Shown here one piece after another: positions 1 to 12,529 of a stretch of DNA of 64,000 nt. How positions within the stretch are numbered: the stretch's first letter is position 1; each line of letters starts with the position of its first letter. Source of the stretch: Vicugna vicugna. Taxonomy: Eukaryota. Under the pieces are notes generated by a model. It had not been told where the DNA came from, did not search any database, and worked only from the letters and a program-made list of their open reading frames with translations. The DNA is taken from NCBI GenBank assembly GCA_013265495.1, contig MU057503.1, positions 124,001 to 188,000 of the forward strand. Reading direction: 5' to 3'. The translations under genes and the position numbers were made by a program.

Positions 1-3000
1 TGGGCCAAAGACATATTAGTTCCAAGGACTAAGCAGGTGTCACACAAGATAGTGGCCTAAGACATGAAGGCAATGGGGGGAAAACAAAGCTGTCTATTGA
101 CTGCTCTTAATTTTTACCTATTCTGTTTATTAATGGGCTGAAATTAGGTTCTACGAATATTGGCCTTTGGGATACGTTAGTTCTGTAGTACAAGGCGGCA
201 AGAAACTATTTACAGATACTACTTGCTAGTAGAAAGAAGCTATTAATATCATGGTAGGCTGAGATCTCATAATTTCTAGAACTGAACAGGAAGCAAGTAA
301 GTAGCTATAAAATCATTCTAAACAGCTAGCACGGGGCTAGGATTAGGCAGAGGCTGACAAACTCCAAGTCTATGAGAAATTAACGGGCTGTGTAACGAAC
401 ATACCATGCCTCAGCAGTGTAGATGAGAGGTCAGGGCCATCAGGATGAAGGATGATGTCTTACTAAACTGCTCCCTTCTTCCATCAGAAATAAAAATCTC
501 CATTGGTTTGAGGTAGAAAGTCCAGGGTCTTTAACAACTTTACTTTCTTTAAGTCATTGGCTGTCTTCGTTCATAAAATTTTCATAAGTTACCAAAAGCT
601 GGTGTTCCTTCAGTCTCCACCTGAGGTGTGATATACATTCTCCTGCCAATACTACCAGCTCCAGATTATCCGTCTCTTGACTTGAGCACACATGTAACCA
701 TCAATAACTAATGTTTCTACTAATCCTCATTCTTCTTGCCTGGTCTATCAGATTAACTAGGTTGCTTTTGGCCTCACTCCCAGTTCACCCTTTTTCCTCC
801 CCCACTTCCCCACTGCAAGGTTGTGGAAGCAGACAGACTCTCACTTTATCAGGGGACCAAAGATTTCACACAGCAAGGTATATTCTGAGACCAAGAGAAA
901 GGTAGTTTTCAGTGCCATGCTTAAGAGCCTGGTCTTCCTGGTTTTTAGCTCAAAGTCCCATTTTCCTATATTATTTACTAACTAACTAGATATTAATAAC
1001 CCATAGTTTTGTTCATCCACAGAATGGATGGCTAAGAATGGAGTGGAGGGGAATGGAATCCACTGAACTAACTGACCATGCATCAATAAGTATTTTTGAC
1101 TGAAGCTAAGAAGAGTGCAATGTTTACAAGTTTTTAATCAAAAGTGGGAAAGAAAACCAACATTTCTTTCTTCTCATAATATTTCTATAAAATAGATACT
1201 CATTTTATGACATATAAACTAAAGCTCAGAGATTAAGTAATATCCCCAAAAATTCAGTTAGAAAGTGAGAGCAGCCAGAATTATAACCAGGTCTTTTTGA
1301 CTCAAGAGCATAAATAAGAACTCATGTCTCCTAGTTCTCAGTCCATTCTCTTCACTCTACATATTCTGATTTAATTATTTTCAGAAAGTTCAAGCTCAAA
1401 CTCTGAAAAATTCCTCCATTCAAACTCTCTTTGGATTTGTGTACAAGATTTCCCCCCAATTTCAGTATAATACAGGATGATTCTGTCATCCAACATGATC
1501 AAAATATTGCCTGCAAAGGTTTAAGACAGAGTTTCAAGAAACTTCTTCATGAATTTCGGCCACCCAGCGTCAAAGTAGAGCAACTGCAGGCAGATGCTGC
1601 CGTTTCTACAGACAGGCAGGGTGGCACATACTGTCTGCTTTACAGCAACAAAAACACATCATGACAGAGGTTCTGGAGTCTTTGATGGTAAAGCTTACAT
1701 GTGTAGAAGACACTCTGACAACTAAAAGAAGCACATGAAAATAAGAAGCCAGATTTTTAAAAATGAAAAATTTAACTAGTGTAAGTGATAAGATGTGCCT
1801 GTTCCACAATCTTAGAAACAAATAAAGGAGTAAAAGGAAATAAGAGAATAAAATTTAACTGTATATAAGGAAGCAGCCCAAAATAAGAGGAGATATATTC
1901 CATTTTTTAACACATTTTAAAACAGACTTTAATGTACAGGTTAATTAGACAGCATAATGAGGCAGAAAAAGAATCAGTGGAATTGCCAATATCAGAGGTA
2001 ATCAACAAAATCTCTAGCTAGACAACTGATGGGAAACCTATAGAAATCAAGTTCCCTCAAGTTGTAATGACAAACCCAAGCAAACAACATGCAACAGGAG
2101 ATCTATTAAAACTACCGTTGGAACAACATCACCATCTAAGTGGATTCTCTACACACTTAACTGTAGGTAGATAGCACCTGCCTTGTTGAGAACACCGTCT
2201 AAAAGAGCTAAATGATGACATCACTACAAAAGAAGCTATCAGTTCATTAATCCAATTACATGAACGGCAAAGTGGAGTGAATTTTAGAGTTGGATTATAC
2301 TTTAAATTTAAAAAGTAGAAAAATAGCCATAGAGCTCTAAGAAAGGATTTTTTACAGTAATATATTTTCTTTCATAATTATTCAGGGTTTGTGCTTGGGC
2401 TCTCTGGGTCATCCTTTATTGTGAAATCCTGTCTCTATTACAGTATCAGCCCCAACACAGCGCGCAAGTATCCAAAGTCGTAGATTGGATCAGTAACTCT
2501 CAACTTTTTGGTTTAGTTTCCAAAAGTGGGATAGAAAGCATTCTCATTAATATACCAGGATTATTCAAAATTCTTGACTTCTTCCTTACAAATCCTTTCT
2601 CTCCCACTGACAAAAGCATAGCTAATATGAGTTAAGAGGGCAATTAATTATAAAGGACAATCATAGGAGTAACTTTTCCAGTTTGTATTTCAAAGTATTT
2701 CACAAAGTTTACTGCTTTATTAGCAGTAACTTTATTATTAATGACTAACATCACAACAAAATCATCAAATTGTAAGAAGCCAGTAGTCAAGCAATAAATA
2801 TTGTTAAAGATCATAATTCAATTATATCGCTTGTGGTTCAAGCCATCGTTAGAAGATTTGCAAGTTGACAAGGTATCAAGGAACCTATCCAAGTTCTCTG
2901 ACATCTATGGAGGAAAGGTCACTCAACTCCACTCTGCTTAATAACCATTCTTTGAACATTGGTTCTTTTCTCCTTGGCGGATAGAACTGCTTTCTTTTAA

Positions 3001-3600
3001 GAGCTTCTTTCTTATTTAATTGGCATTCTAAATTACCTAAGGTGTAATCTAACTCTAGAGAGAAAAAAATAAATTGCAACTCTGCTGATGCAATAGGTTT
3101 CTCAACTATTACATAACTTTAAGGAGAATAAAAAATGCACCTAACCACTTAAGTCCAAGAGATACAAATTCCAAAGTAAAGAAATGATGTACAAATGATT
3201 AAAACTTTTAATATTAGAGCGAGTTCCTGAAGATGTTTGAAAATAAACACAAATGATTGAAACTTGAAATCTGCCTCATAGTCTAGTTCTTAAAAAAAGA
3301 AAACAATGCAGCTATGATATTATATAAAACAGAAACCACAAATAACATATTTTATTCTCTTTGGTGGAAATTATTATATTTAAGGCTGTGGAATAACTGT
3401 ATTAGTAAAACTTATACTGGCAACCCAGGAAGTTTTAAGGCCACAAATTTTAGCCCCTGTCTCTGAAACACTTATACCCAGAAGCCACCATATATGTCTA
3501 TCTTCTCCTCTGGATTTAGACCAGGCAGCTGCTAGATACCACACATCCTTCAATCTCTCCTCACTTGGGTAAGGAGCACAGTTGGAGAAGTAATAGAATG

Positions 3601-4137
3601 TGCTGAAGCCCAGGGTAGTCTGCCCCAAAATGTGCTTCAATGGCATATTGGTTATTTTGAATTAAAGTTACTTAAGAAACAGCCAGTGCAAGAGAGACAT
3701 TTTGACCCTCCTCTCTGTCTCCTTTATGTGGAGGAAATAAACCTCTCCTGGAAAGGTGAACTCCCTGTATCTGGAGGTAGAGGGACACTCTTATCACCAC
3801 CGATAGGGAATTTGGGGTCAAGAAGACTGTATAAACAAACCTTGTTACTTCTTTACTACCCCAAGCCCAAACTCTGTTTAGATTCCTCACAATTAAGCAC
3901 CCAAAGCCTACATTTCTTTGTCCTGTCCATTCTTCACAAGTGTATTATTTCTTTGTCTAAAAGGTATAAAATCTTCCTGCTTTGGCCACTACTTAGGTCC
4001 CATTTGTATGAGACCTCCATACACATGAATTAAAATGTTTCATTTTCTCTTGTTAATCTGTCTTGTGTCCACTTTGTTTTTAGTCCAGCCACAAGAACTC
4101 AAGAGAGGTAGAGGGGGAAATTTTCCCCTCCCGGACA
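3601..4137 (+). repeat. 5' LTR of the ERV1-type element
   Basis: Starts TG and ends CA. TATAAAA at ~3965 and ATTAAA at ~4029. Aligns along its length with 9485-10020. Confidence 0.9.
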
Positions 4138-4139
4138 GT

Positions 4140-4157
4140 TAGTGAGCCAGCCAGGAG
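4140..4157 (+). other. Primer binding site, tRNA-Arg(ACG) type
   Basis: TAGTGAGCCAGCCAGGAG matches 16/18 to TGGCGAGCCAGCCAGGAG, the complement of the tRNA-Arg(ACG) 3' end. It starts 2 nt after the terminal CA of the LTR. Confidence 0.85.
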
Positions 4158-7100
4158 GCTAGCTGGATTCCACGTCCCACCCTGAGGCTGCTATAGCTGA
4201 GGGATCCTGGACATCTGACGAAGGCAGGGAGAAGGTAAGATTTCTTACCACGTCAGCTTCCTGGATATCTGCCTGCAAGGTCTGGTGGAAGGGAAAGTGG
4301 TAAGAGTCCCTTTTCTCTCTCTCTCTCTAAATTTAGATCAGCAGGAGAAAGTATTTGTGGAGCTAGTTCCTTGGACTTTGTGACTCTTGGGGATCCTTTT
4401 CCTCCCAGATACAGTTTCTGTTTTTCTTTGTCTCTCTCTGTTGTGTCATTTATCATAAGGAGGAAGAACCTTAAGGCAAGAATGCAGGCACAGGCTCTAT
4501 AAGCTTGCTGTTTCAGGTGATGAATCACAAACTGATGAATCAACAAATGGTTCTCAACAGATCAGCTTCTATTTAGACAAACTTCGTTGTTGATCTTCTA
4601 AGTAAAACCAGATGAGGTTTTTTCCTTCCACCTTGTTCTATGAGAGCTTAGTTTTGTGTCCAATTGGAAAATTCTCTCTGGTCTCTGTCATCTGGAAGGT
4701 GCATTTACTGGGGTGTATCTGGTAGCCAGTCAAACAGACTGGGGTTCTGAGACACAAGCTCATAACCAGAACTCTCTGTGTCCAGCCATACCAGCTCTCA
4801 GGGGGGTCTGTCACAGGGATCCCGATCCAGAAGAGGCGTTTGCTGCCTCAGCCTTTGTTGCCTTACTCCCTTAGACTCACTCTGGGAATGAACTTTCTGG
4901 ATTTTGTGAGGGCTACATACTCTCTTCTGAGATGCCTCTTGCATCTTTAGTTAGGCCATAAAAAAGGCTTGGTTTGGGTCACTATTTGTAATTAATACAA
5001 GATCCTACTGGTCAATGGCCAGACGATAGATCCTTTAAATTGTTTACATTTAAAAGAAAAAAAATTTTGAGAGCTCTCGTTACAAACAACTTTTAGGGGG
5101 ATCAAACTGAAAGGAAAAAGTATAAAGACTAGAATTAGGAAATCACTTACTCTGAAAAAACAGAAATTAGACTTAAAGGTCCAACAGAAATTCCCCTTCT
5201 TAAAAAAAAAAAAAAGACTATCTTCAGGACCTCCTACAAATAATCAAGAGATAGGTCATCTGGAAGCCAATATTCAAGGACTGTTAGAAATAACTCTCTT
5301 TGTCTTACAAATCTCTACAAAACCAGCAGTGCAACTCTAGAAACAAGTCAAGGCCCACTTGTCTTTGCCAATCCCAAAACCTCACCTATTCCTCTCAAAA
5401 TGCTTGTTGATATTATAAAAGATTGGGATATTGGAGAAAAACTGTCCCATTCTTAAAAAAAAAATTTATTAATAAATTATCCTAAGACTTATACTAGACA
5501 AATATACTCCAAACTCCTAGGAGAAAACTTAAATATTCTTTCTCTGTTCCTTAAAGTTATAAATCTTACCACATCTTCAAAATCTAAAGAGAGTCCACAT
5601 TGCCTGAGTCCAGATTAGCTCAGCTGGTAGAACCTCCCCCCACATACACACACACAAAGAGGAAAGATGCTCTTTCCAGTACACACTGCTAAAAGGGTTC
5701 TCTTGCTCAAATTCTGATAAATCACAGTCTCCTTAAAATTTCTTGTCAAAGGAAAATACAGATCCTAAAGTATTTCCCACAAATAATAAAAGACTTTGGC
5801 CATCTGAGCATGTAAACTTCATTTATTCCACTTGTCTACAACTGGTGAGTTTTGTATTGTACCTGATTCATTACTACAGTTGTAAAATGAAAACTATGAT
5901 GTCTGGTTGCACCTGTCTATATGTCTACATGTGTACATTTCAGATATGGTATTTTTCTACCATAGGATGACTTGACAAAATTAATTTGTAAAAGAGCTCT
6001 TTTTATTTGGCTTAGACTAACAGGCACTTTTATAAAAATTCTCAAAAATAGAGTAAAAACTAACCCAAATATTTTTCAAGTTCACAGGATCTAGGATAAT
6101 CTTAAAAGCTAACCTTAAGCTTGTTGGTTTAATTAATACCGGTAAATCTTCAGAGTTATCAGCATTAAATACAATGCAGATTAATAGCTTTTGTTCTTTA
6201 GTAGACTAGTCAAATAAGCTCATGTAGTCTCTGCTGCAGTTTGTCAAAAACAACAATAAAAACTTCAGACAATGACTAACTGCTTTACTGTCTCATGAAA
6301 TTGTCATGAGTAATCTACGTATGATTGTTAAAAACAAATGATTTAAATAAATGTAAATGAGATTAGAGTTTTTAGATGAAATTTTTAACAGTAATTATTT
6401 TATGATATTTTATGATATGTCTATTTAAATAGTTTCCTAAATCTCTTTGGTAATGTAAACCCTTAGAGTTTTGTGAAGTTAAATTAAATGATGGGAATTC
6501 ATTGAATGTCTAGATGGTTTCCAAGTAAGATAAAATACTGAAACACTTATGGCTAAACAAGGCTAAGTTTACCTACTTTTGACCTCTTATTACAGAGACT
6601 AAGCATGTTTGGATTTATTAGTAAATATATCTTATGCTTTACTGAAAGATTGTACTATAAAATAGCATATTTTTCTAGAAATTATAAAATTTATTTAAAA
6701 GTTTGCCAAGCCACAAAATGTTAATACAGTTCACAATTGTTTCCTTATTTTCACTAAAGATTAAGATTTCAAAGGATTAAGAATTCTAAGTAGTATATAA
6801 GTTTAAAGCTACCAGAAACAATAAGTGAAGATGTGTTTGGGGGTAAGAAAAGGTATAAGGTATAAAAGATATTTAAAAAAAAAAAAAAGGTATAGGGTAT
6901 GGAGATGTTTTTGTTAAAGAAAAAGAAGGTGATTTTTGTCCTAAAGCTAGTTATTTCTAAATGGAAAAGGAAACAAGGAATAAATTAAATGGACATGGAA
7001 AGTTGTAAAAGGTTTGTGAAAAAAGGAATCTTTAGAAAATAATTTTATGTCTGGTAAGAACTGGCTAAGATTAGAATAAATTTAATTAAGTAAGTGAGTT

Positions 7101-9484
7101 TTATATCAAAAATAAGTTGGTACAGAATTAAAATTTGGTTTGCCTCTCTGTTAAAAGGACAAAATTTTCTTAGATTATTGGTCTGGTCTTAATGCAAAAC
7201 TGTAGACAAAGGTATTTTTTACCTTTAAAACAAAGATTCTATATTTTGTCTTTAACAGGTCTATGATTACTTAGAAGGAAACGAAAAAAACTGAATTTTT
7301 TCAATATTAAAAAGCTCAGGCTTTTTATAGCTATTTAACTTTCTCCATTTGCCTGTGAAGTCTTTGTCACTTTGATTAAAAGAAATAAGTATTGTTTCAC
7401 AGTGACCTATGATCCTAATTAACCAAATGTTTTTAAACATTTGATATTTTTGACAAACTTCCCAAAAACCAAATTCTTAATTAAGAATTATTGACCTGGA
7501 AATAACTTTGGGGTTTTCTAAAGATCCCTGGAGTGCCTCAAAAAGTTTTTTTTCTTTTCTTATAAAAAAGAGATATTAAACTAATTTGGCTTATTTGATA
7601 TATTTAGTTACATAGGAAGCATTGTCAAATAAATGGTGATAAATCTTCTTAGGTTATATTGTATGAGTAAATGTTATTAATATAAATGTTCTAGAAAATA
7701 TATGAAATTCCTAAAATTTGGATATGTCCTCGTATAATGTTACCAGTCATAATTCTAGTTATTATCTTAAAATGTGTGTCACAGAAATAACAAAATTTCC
7801 TTGTCAATTCCATTACAATGAATCAGATTTTAATAAATTATTCTTAAGTGTTTTATCATTTACAGACAGTTATTATTTTATTCTGATGCTTTTACATAAG
7901 CTTCCTGCAAATGTGTTTTATCTTCAAAGAAACTCATGGAGAAGAATCTAATGAGTAGTCTAAGATACAAGTTTCTGATGACTTTCAAATCATACCACTA
8001 AACTGGGTAAGAATTTATAGAACTCTAGTGGAGAGACTGATGGCTTCATAAAATTTCTAACAAAAGATTAAGCAGAACAAGCATTAAATTACGTGGGACT
8101 AAATGAACTGAGGAAGATGATTATAATTTTCTATGATTTTTTTAAACGTTGCTGATTTTCTTTAATGGTTTGCTTCTCCAGATTTAAGGAAACCTTTTTC
8201 TCTTTTCACATATACTATGACTTGGAGTTATAGTTATTTGCAAATACTCAATAAGAATCTCTTCTCCTTATAACAGGACACAATTGGAGCCATTGATTAC
8301 ATGATCAAAGCTTTGACTGGAATGTCGTATTTAAGAAAGAAATGCATAGACTCAGATATGATCAAACAGCTTTAAGAAACTAAAGCTGACGTCATGGAGC
8401 CAGTAAAGCCCCTTGGAAAAACATCCTGGTACCTTGTTTGCAGGATTCCCAGCAGTCTTGCCAAGTGAGTAAGGAACATTACTTTCTGGCAAGTGCAAGA
8501 TTCTCAAGATATTTTAGGGATCTCAAAAAGAGAGGAATTCACTCAAAGCTATACGTGTTGTAAACAAAGTCTAATGGGAAATATTTGGCTTGGCTTCTCA
8601 AACTTGAGAGGCTACTAAAAGTTCAATCTAGATCCCTCATAAAGTTCCAACAAATCAGATTTTAAAAAGCCTATATAGCCAATCACTATTCTCACTGTAG
8701 TTATACAAATAACCAGGCCAAGTTTGCCAAACTAGACTTATTTTGCAAATAAATTAGTCTTAATTTGGCTATCTTTGGTTAAAAAAGGGGTTAATTGCAG
8801 AGAGAAAAATTATGTTTCAGCAGATACACACTTGTAGATATTAAATTCTAGTTCTGGTAACTGTCTTTGAGGCTTTTGTTATTTACTTGTAAACTGAACT
8901 GGATCCTGAATTCTTACAGTTTCCCCTAATATCTGGCTCTGACTCTCCTAACTAACATTTCCAAATTTCTCCCATCCTTTTGATTTGAAATCATTGAGAA
9001 CTAAAACTGCCCGTTTTCCTGAAACCCTGTAAACTGAAGCTAGGCAATGCGATATAAATTTCAGAGAAATTGCCACAACAGCTCATATTTAAACAATCTT
9101 CATGCCTGTTGCTGTATGAGCCATTCAGAAAGTTTACTGATGACATCATCAGAGACATTTCAAATTGTGAAAGATGTTTCAACCCTGATGTCCAGAAATC
9201 TTCTTGACTGACTGCCCTCCGGGCTCAGAAACTGTTTTATAATCTGCTCCAATAATTAGCCTTTATTTTTCTTTTGTTTTCCATTTACATGCTTCTAATT
9301 AAATACACGATTGCTTGAACCATAGGCCTAACTTTGGGAGCCCACCTGCATCACCACGTACTGAAATAAATTTAAGTAAACTGACCTATTGTCAAGACTA
9401 AGAGACTGGTTCAATGCGCTGGAAAAATATACCAGTTCAACTTTTAGTATGTGAAATTTCCAGGGAAGTTTCAGAGCAGGGAAC

Positions 9485-10020
9485 AGTTGGGGCCCAGGGC
9501 AGGCTGCTTGAAAATCTACCTCAATGGCATACTATTTTGAATTAAAGTTACTTAAGAAAGAGCCTTTGCAAGAGGGACAATTTGGCTCTCCTCTCTGCCT
9601 CCCTAAAGCAAGAAGTAAATCTCTCAAGTGAAAGGTGAGCTCCCTGCATCTGGAGGTAGAAGGACACTCTTATCACCAGAGATAGGGAATTTGGGGCCTA
9701 GAAGCCTGTATAAACCAGCCTTGTTACTTCCTTACTGCCCCAAGCCCAAACTCTGTTTAGATTCTTCACAGTTAAGCACTCAAAGCCTAGGTTTCTTTGT
9801 CCTGTCCATTCTTCACAGATACATTGTTTCTTTCTCTAAAAAGGACAAAAGCTGCCTTTTTTGGCCACTTCTTAGGTCCCATTTCTATGAGACCTTCAAA
9901 CACACGAACTAAAATTTGTTTCATTTTCTCCTGTTAATCTGTCTTGTGTCCATTTAATTATTAGTCCAGCCACAAGTACTCAAGAGAGGTGGCGGGGGGG
10001 AGTTTTCCCCTTCCCCAAAA
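9485..10020 (+). repeat. 3' LTR of the ERV1-type element
   Basis: Long shared blocks with the 5' LTR (e.g. ccccaagcccaaactctgtttagattc, ttaatctgtcttgtgtcca). Roughly 85-90% identical by eye; termini are mutated. Confidence 0.9.
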
Positions 10021-10654
10021 AGAGAAAGAATAAAATAATTCTAAGCCATACTTTGGAATTCAGAGGAGAAATCCCTAATTGTAATCTGTTTATAAACAAT
10101 CTGTCTAGTTTTCAGTATAAATACTTGAACAAAGTAAGTTTGATTTTTTAAAATAATTATTTAAAGTACAAGTTGCTATAAGGTACCCCTCTGTGTAGTA
10201 CTGGGCTTTGTAAATATACATGGTCTGGTCTTTAAGAATTTATAATCCAAGTTAAAGAATTAAAAAGCTTATTAGTCACTGAAATCCTTTAAAAATCAGT
10301 TATTCTTTATCTCAACAGTAGGTAGTGTCAACTTACAAATAGGATGTCTTTCATTTGGAACTCAGAAGGTCCCCATCCCATGGAAACAATGATTAAAATG
10401 GAGATTAGGTTTCCAGATCTGTGTACCAAAATCAAAAATTCAAAAAAAAAAAACACATTAAACAAAGAGATGCTGAATCAGGTTCCTAGCTGATACCATT
10501 ACCAAAATGTAAACACCCTTTGGACTCTTAACCCTTGGGGAATCATTGAGAACCGGATGAAGCACATACTTCTAAAATTTAATAAACTGTTTCAAGGAGT
10601 CCAGCAATCCTCTGAACCACCCAGGAATCCCAGGTTAATGCTTTAGACATTAAA

Positions 10655-11975
10655 GTGACATCAGCAACATGACACAATAGAAAGTCTCAGCTTTTGTTCC
10701 TCACCCCAACAGAGACATTGATAAAACAACAACACTTGGGCCAGAATACCTTTACAAGACTTCCAGAATCCAACTAAGAATTTGCAACACCCTAAAAGAG
10801 CACAAAACCAAGAAAATCTGCTTTAAAATGGAGAACAGGAGATGTTTCACTTTATTCATGTCAGCCCCTCCTTCAAGTCACCCATTTCAGGGCTGAGATC
10901 ACTCAGCCTGCAATTTCTTCCCCTGGGGAAAGAATGAGTGACGTGTCCGTCCAGCACCTGCAGCCCTTCTGGGCACTGCCCAAGAATCCTACTTCTGTCC
11001 TACTTCATTTGCAGCACTGAGGCAACCACAATAGTTAGAATACCTGGGGGCAGCTAAGAACAAAGAGAAGGTGGCTTCACTAGTGTATTCTACCAAACAT
11101 TAAAGAAGAATTAATACCAATGTTTCTCAAACTCTTCCAAAAAAACTGAAGAGGAGGGGACACTTCAAACTCATTTTATGAGGCCATCATTATCTGATAC
11201 CAAAGCCAAACAAGGACACTGCCAGAAAAGAAAATTAGAGGCCAATGGCCCCGATAAATATGGATGCAAAAAGCCCCAACAACAACAACAACAACAATCC
11301 AAGCAAACCAAATCCAACAGCACATTGAAAGGATCATATACCATATAGTCAAGGTGGATTTATCCCTGGGAGGCAAGGATGGTACAACAGAAACATATCA
11401 ATGATGTGATGTACCACATTAACAGAATGAAGGATAAAAAACTGTATGATCAATGACAGACAAGACCAATTCCATTTTGGTGATCCACAACCATTTTCAG
11501 GACAAGTCACAACTTCCGCCTTCCGCCTGTAAAACCCTCCCTGGACCCGAGTAAGAACTGCTGGCGGAAGAGTTCATCAACAAGCCCCTCTCCCTTTGAA
11601 ACACGCCCCTCTCCCTTTCAGCATCCCTCATTTGCATAAAAAACCACCAATCAGGCATAAATAACCAAGCCCGTATGCAGTTTTACTGGAGAGCCTCTCT
11701 GCAGGTTTCTCGCAAAAAACCTGACTCTGCTGTTAAGCTGTCTCTGATCCTTTCTCTCCAATTCTAACAATCAACTCTACAGAAGCAGAACAAGCATTTG
11801 ACAAAAATCAGCATCCTTTCATGAAAAAAACTCTCAACAAATTAGTTATAGAAGGATAGTACCTCAACGTAATAAAGACCGTATATGACAAACCCACAGA
11901 TCACATCATACTCGAAGGTGAAAAGTCAAAACTTCTACTCTAAGATCAGGAAAAGACAAGGATGTCTAATCACAC
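10655..11975 (+). mobile_element. L1 fragment: 5'-UTR-like segment joined to a mid-ORF2 (RT) segment, interrupted by a solo LTR
   Basis: From ~11071 there is typical L1 ORF2 sequence (tggcttcact...ttctaccaaaca...aaagaagaattaataccaa; gcatttgacaaaa; tatgacaaacccacag). 10655-11070 resembles an old L1M 5' end (lower confidence). Confidence 0.8.
11454..11769 (+). mobile_element. Solo LTR (316 bp) inserted in L1 ORF2
   Basis: Starts TGACAGA and ends TCTAACA. Perfect 5-bp TSD ATCAA at 11449-11453 and 11770-11774. L1 sequence is continuous across it. Confidence 0.88.
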
Positions 11976-12529
11976 CCCAAAGAAGTGATGTTCAGCCACC
12001 AAAAGAATCTGTGTGTGTCCTGTACCTACGTCATTCAAGTTTTCCCTTCTTAGTAGTTGCACTAACAGTGGAAATATCCTGAAATGAAAAAAGGCCAGGA
12101 TTTTTTCCTTCCATTTTATAGGATGCAAGAATGACAAATCTTCCAGCACATCCCACAGCCTAAGGAAGTACTGACATTTTCACCTTTTTTTTTTTTTTTT
12201 TTTATTTTTTTTTTTTTGCCTTTCAGCTTTGCTTTTCAGATACAATGAATTATCTGAATACAGTCTTACTCTGGGTAAAATCATTGCAGCCATAGCCTCT
12301 CCAGCATAGTATTTGGCTTACCAGAAAGAGCACTGTTTCACAAACAAAAAAGATATGGGTACAAACATAGGTTTGTACTACAATTTGTGTGACCTAAACT
12401 CCTTGAACTTTTGTTTCTTATCTGTAGAGAGAGGGCACTTATATAATATCAGCTATTCTAACTACATGGATTGTAGTGAGCATTAAATAAAACTATATAA
12501 TTGTAAAGACTGGCAAGTTTTACCCATTA

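Larger units (their letters stand above)
3601..10020 (+). mobile_element. Two-LTR endogenous retrovirus-like element, class I (ERV1, MER4-group-like), with a non-coding AT-rich internal region
   Basis: Direct repeats at 3601-4137 and ~9485-10020, a PBS right after the 5' LTR, a splice donor AG|GTAAGA at 4234/4235, and a purine tract (gggaagtttcagagcagggaa) before the 3' LTR. No gag/pol ORF. Confidence 0.9.

Noticed and set aside
2885..3079. Minus-strand ORF behind a polypyrimidine-AG, a possible TAFA2 exon
   Set aside because: The peptide does not resemble the cysteine-rich TAFA proteins, it hits a stop, and part of it looks like a CR1/L3 remnant.
3632..4033. 133-aa ORF with a 94-aa paralog at 9628-9912, resembling a duplicated small gene
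   Set aside because: Both lie within the two LTRs of one provirus. The similarity is LTR identity, the starts are non-ATG, and no domain is recognisable.
5605..5640. tRNA-like snippet tagctcagctggtagaac in the ERV internal region
   Set aside because: Only an A-box/D-arm-like stretch; there is no B box, anticodon arm or TSD.
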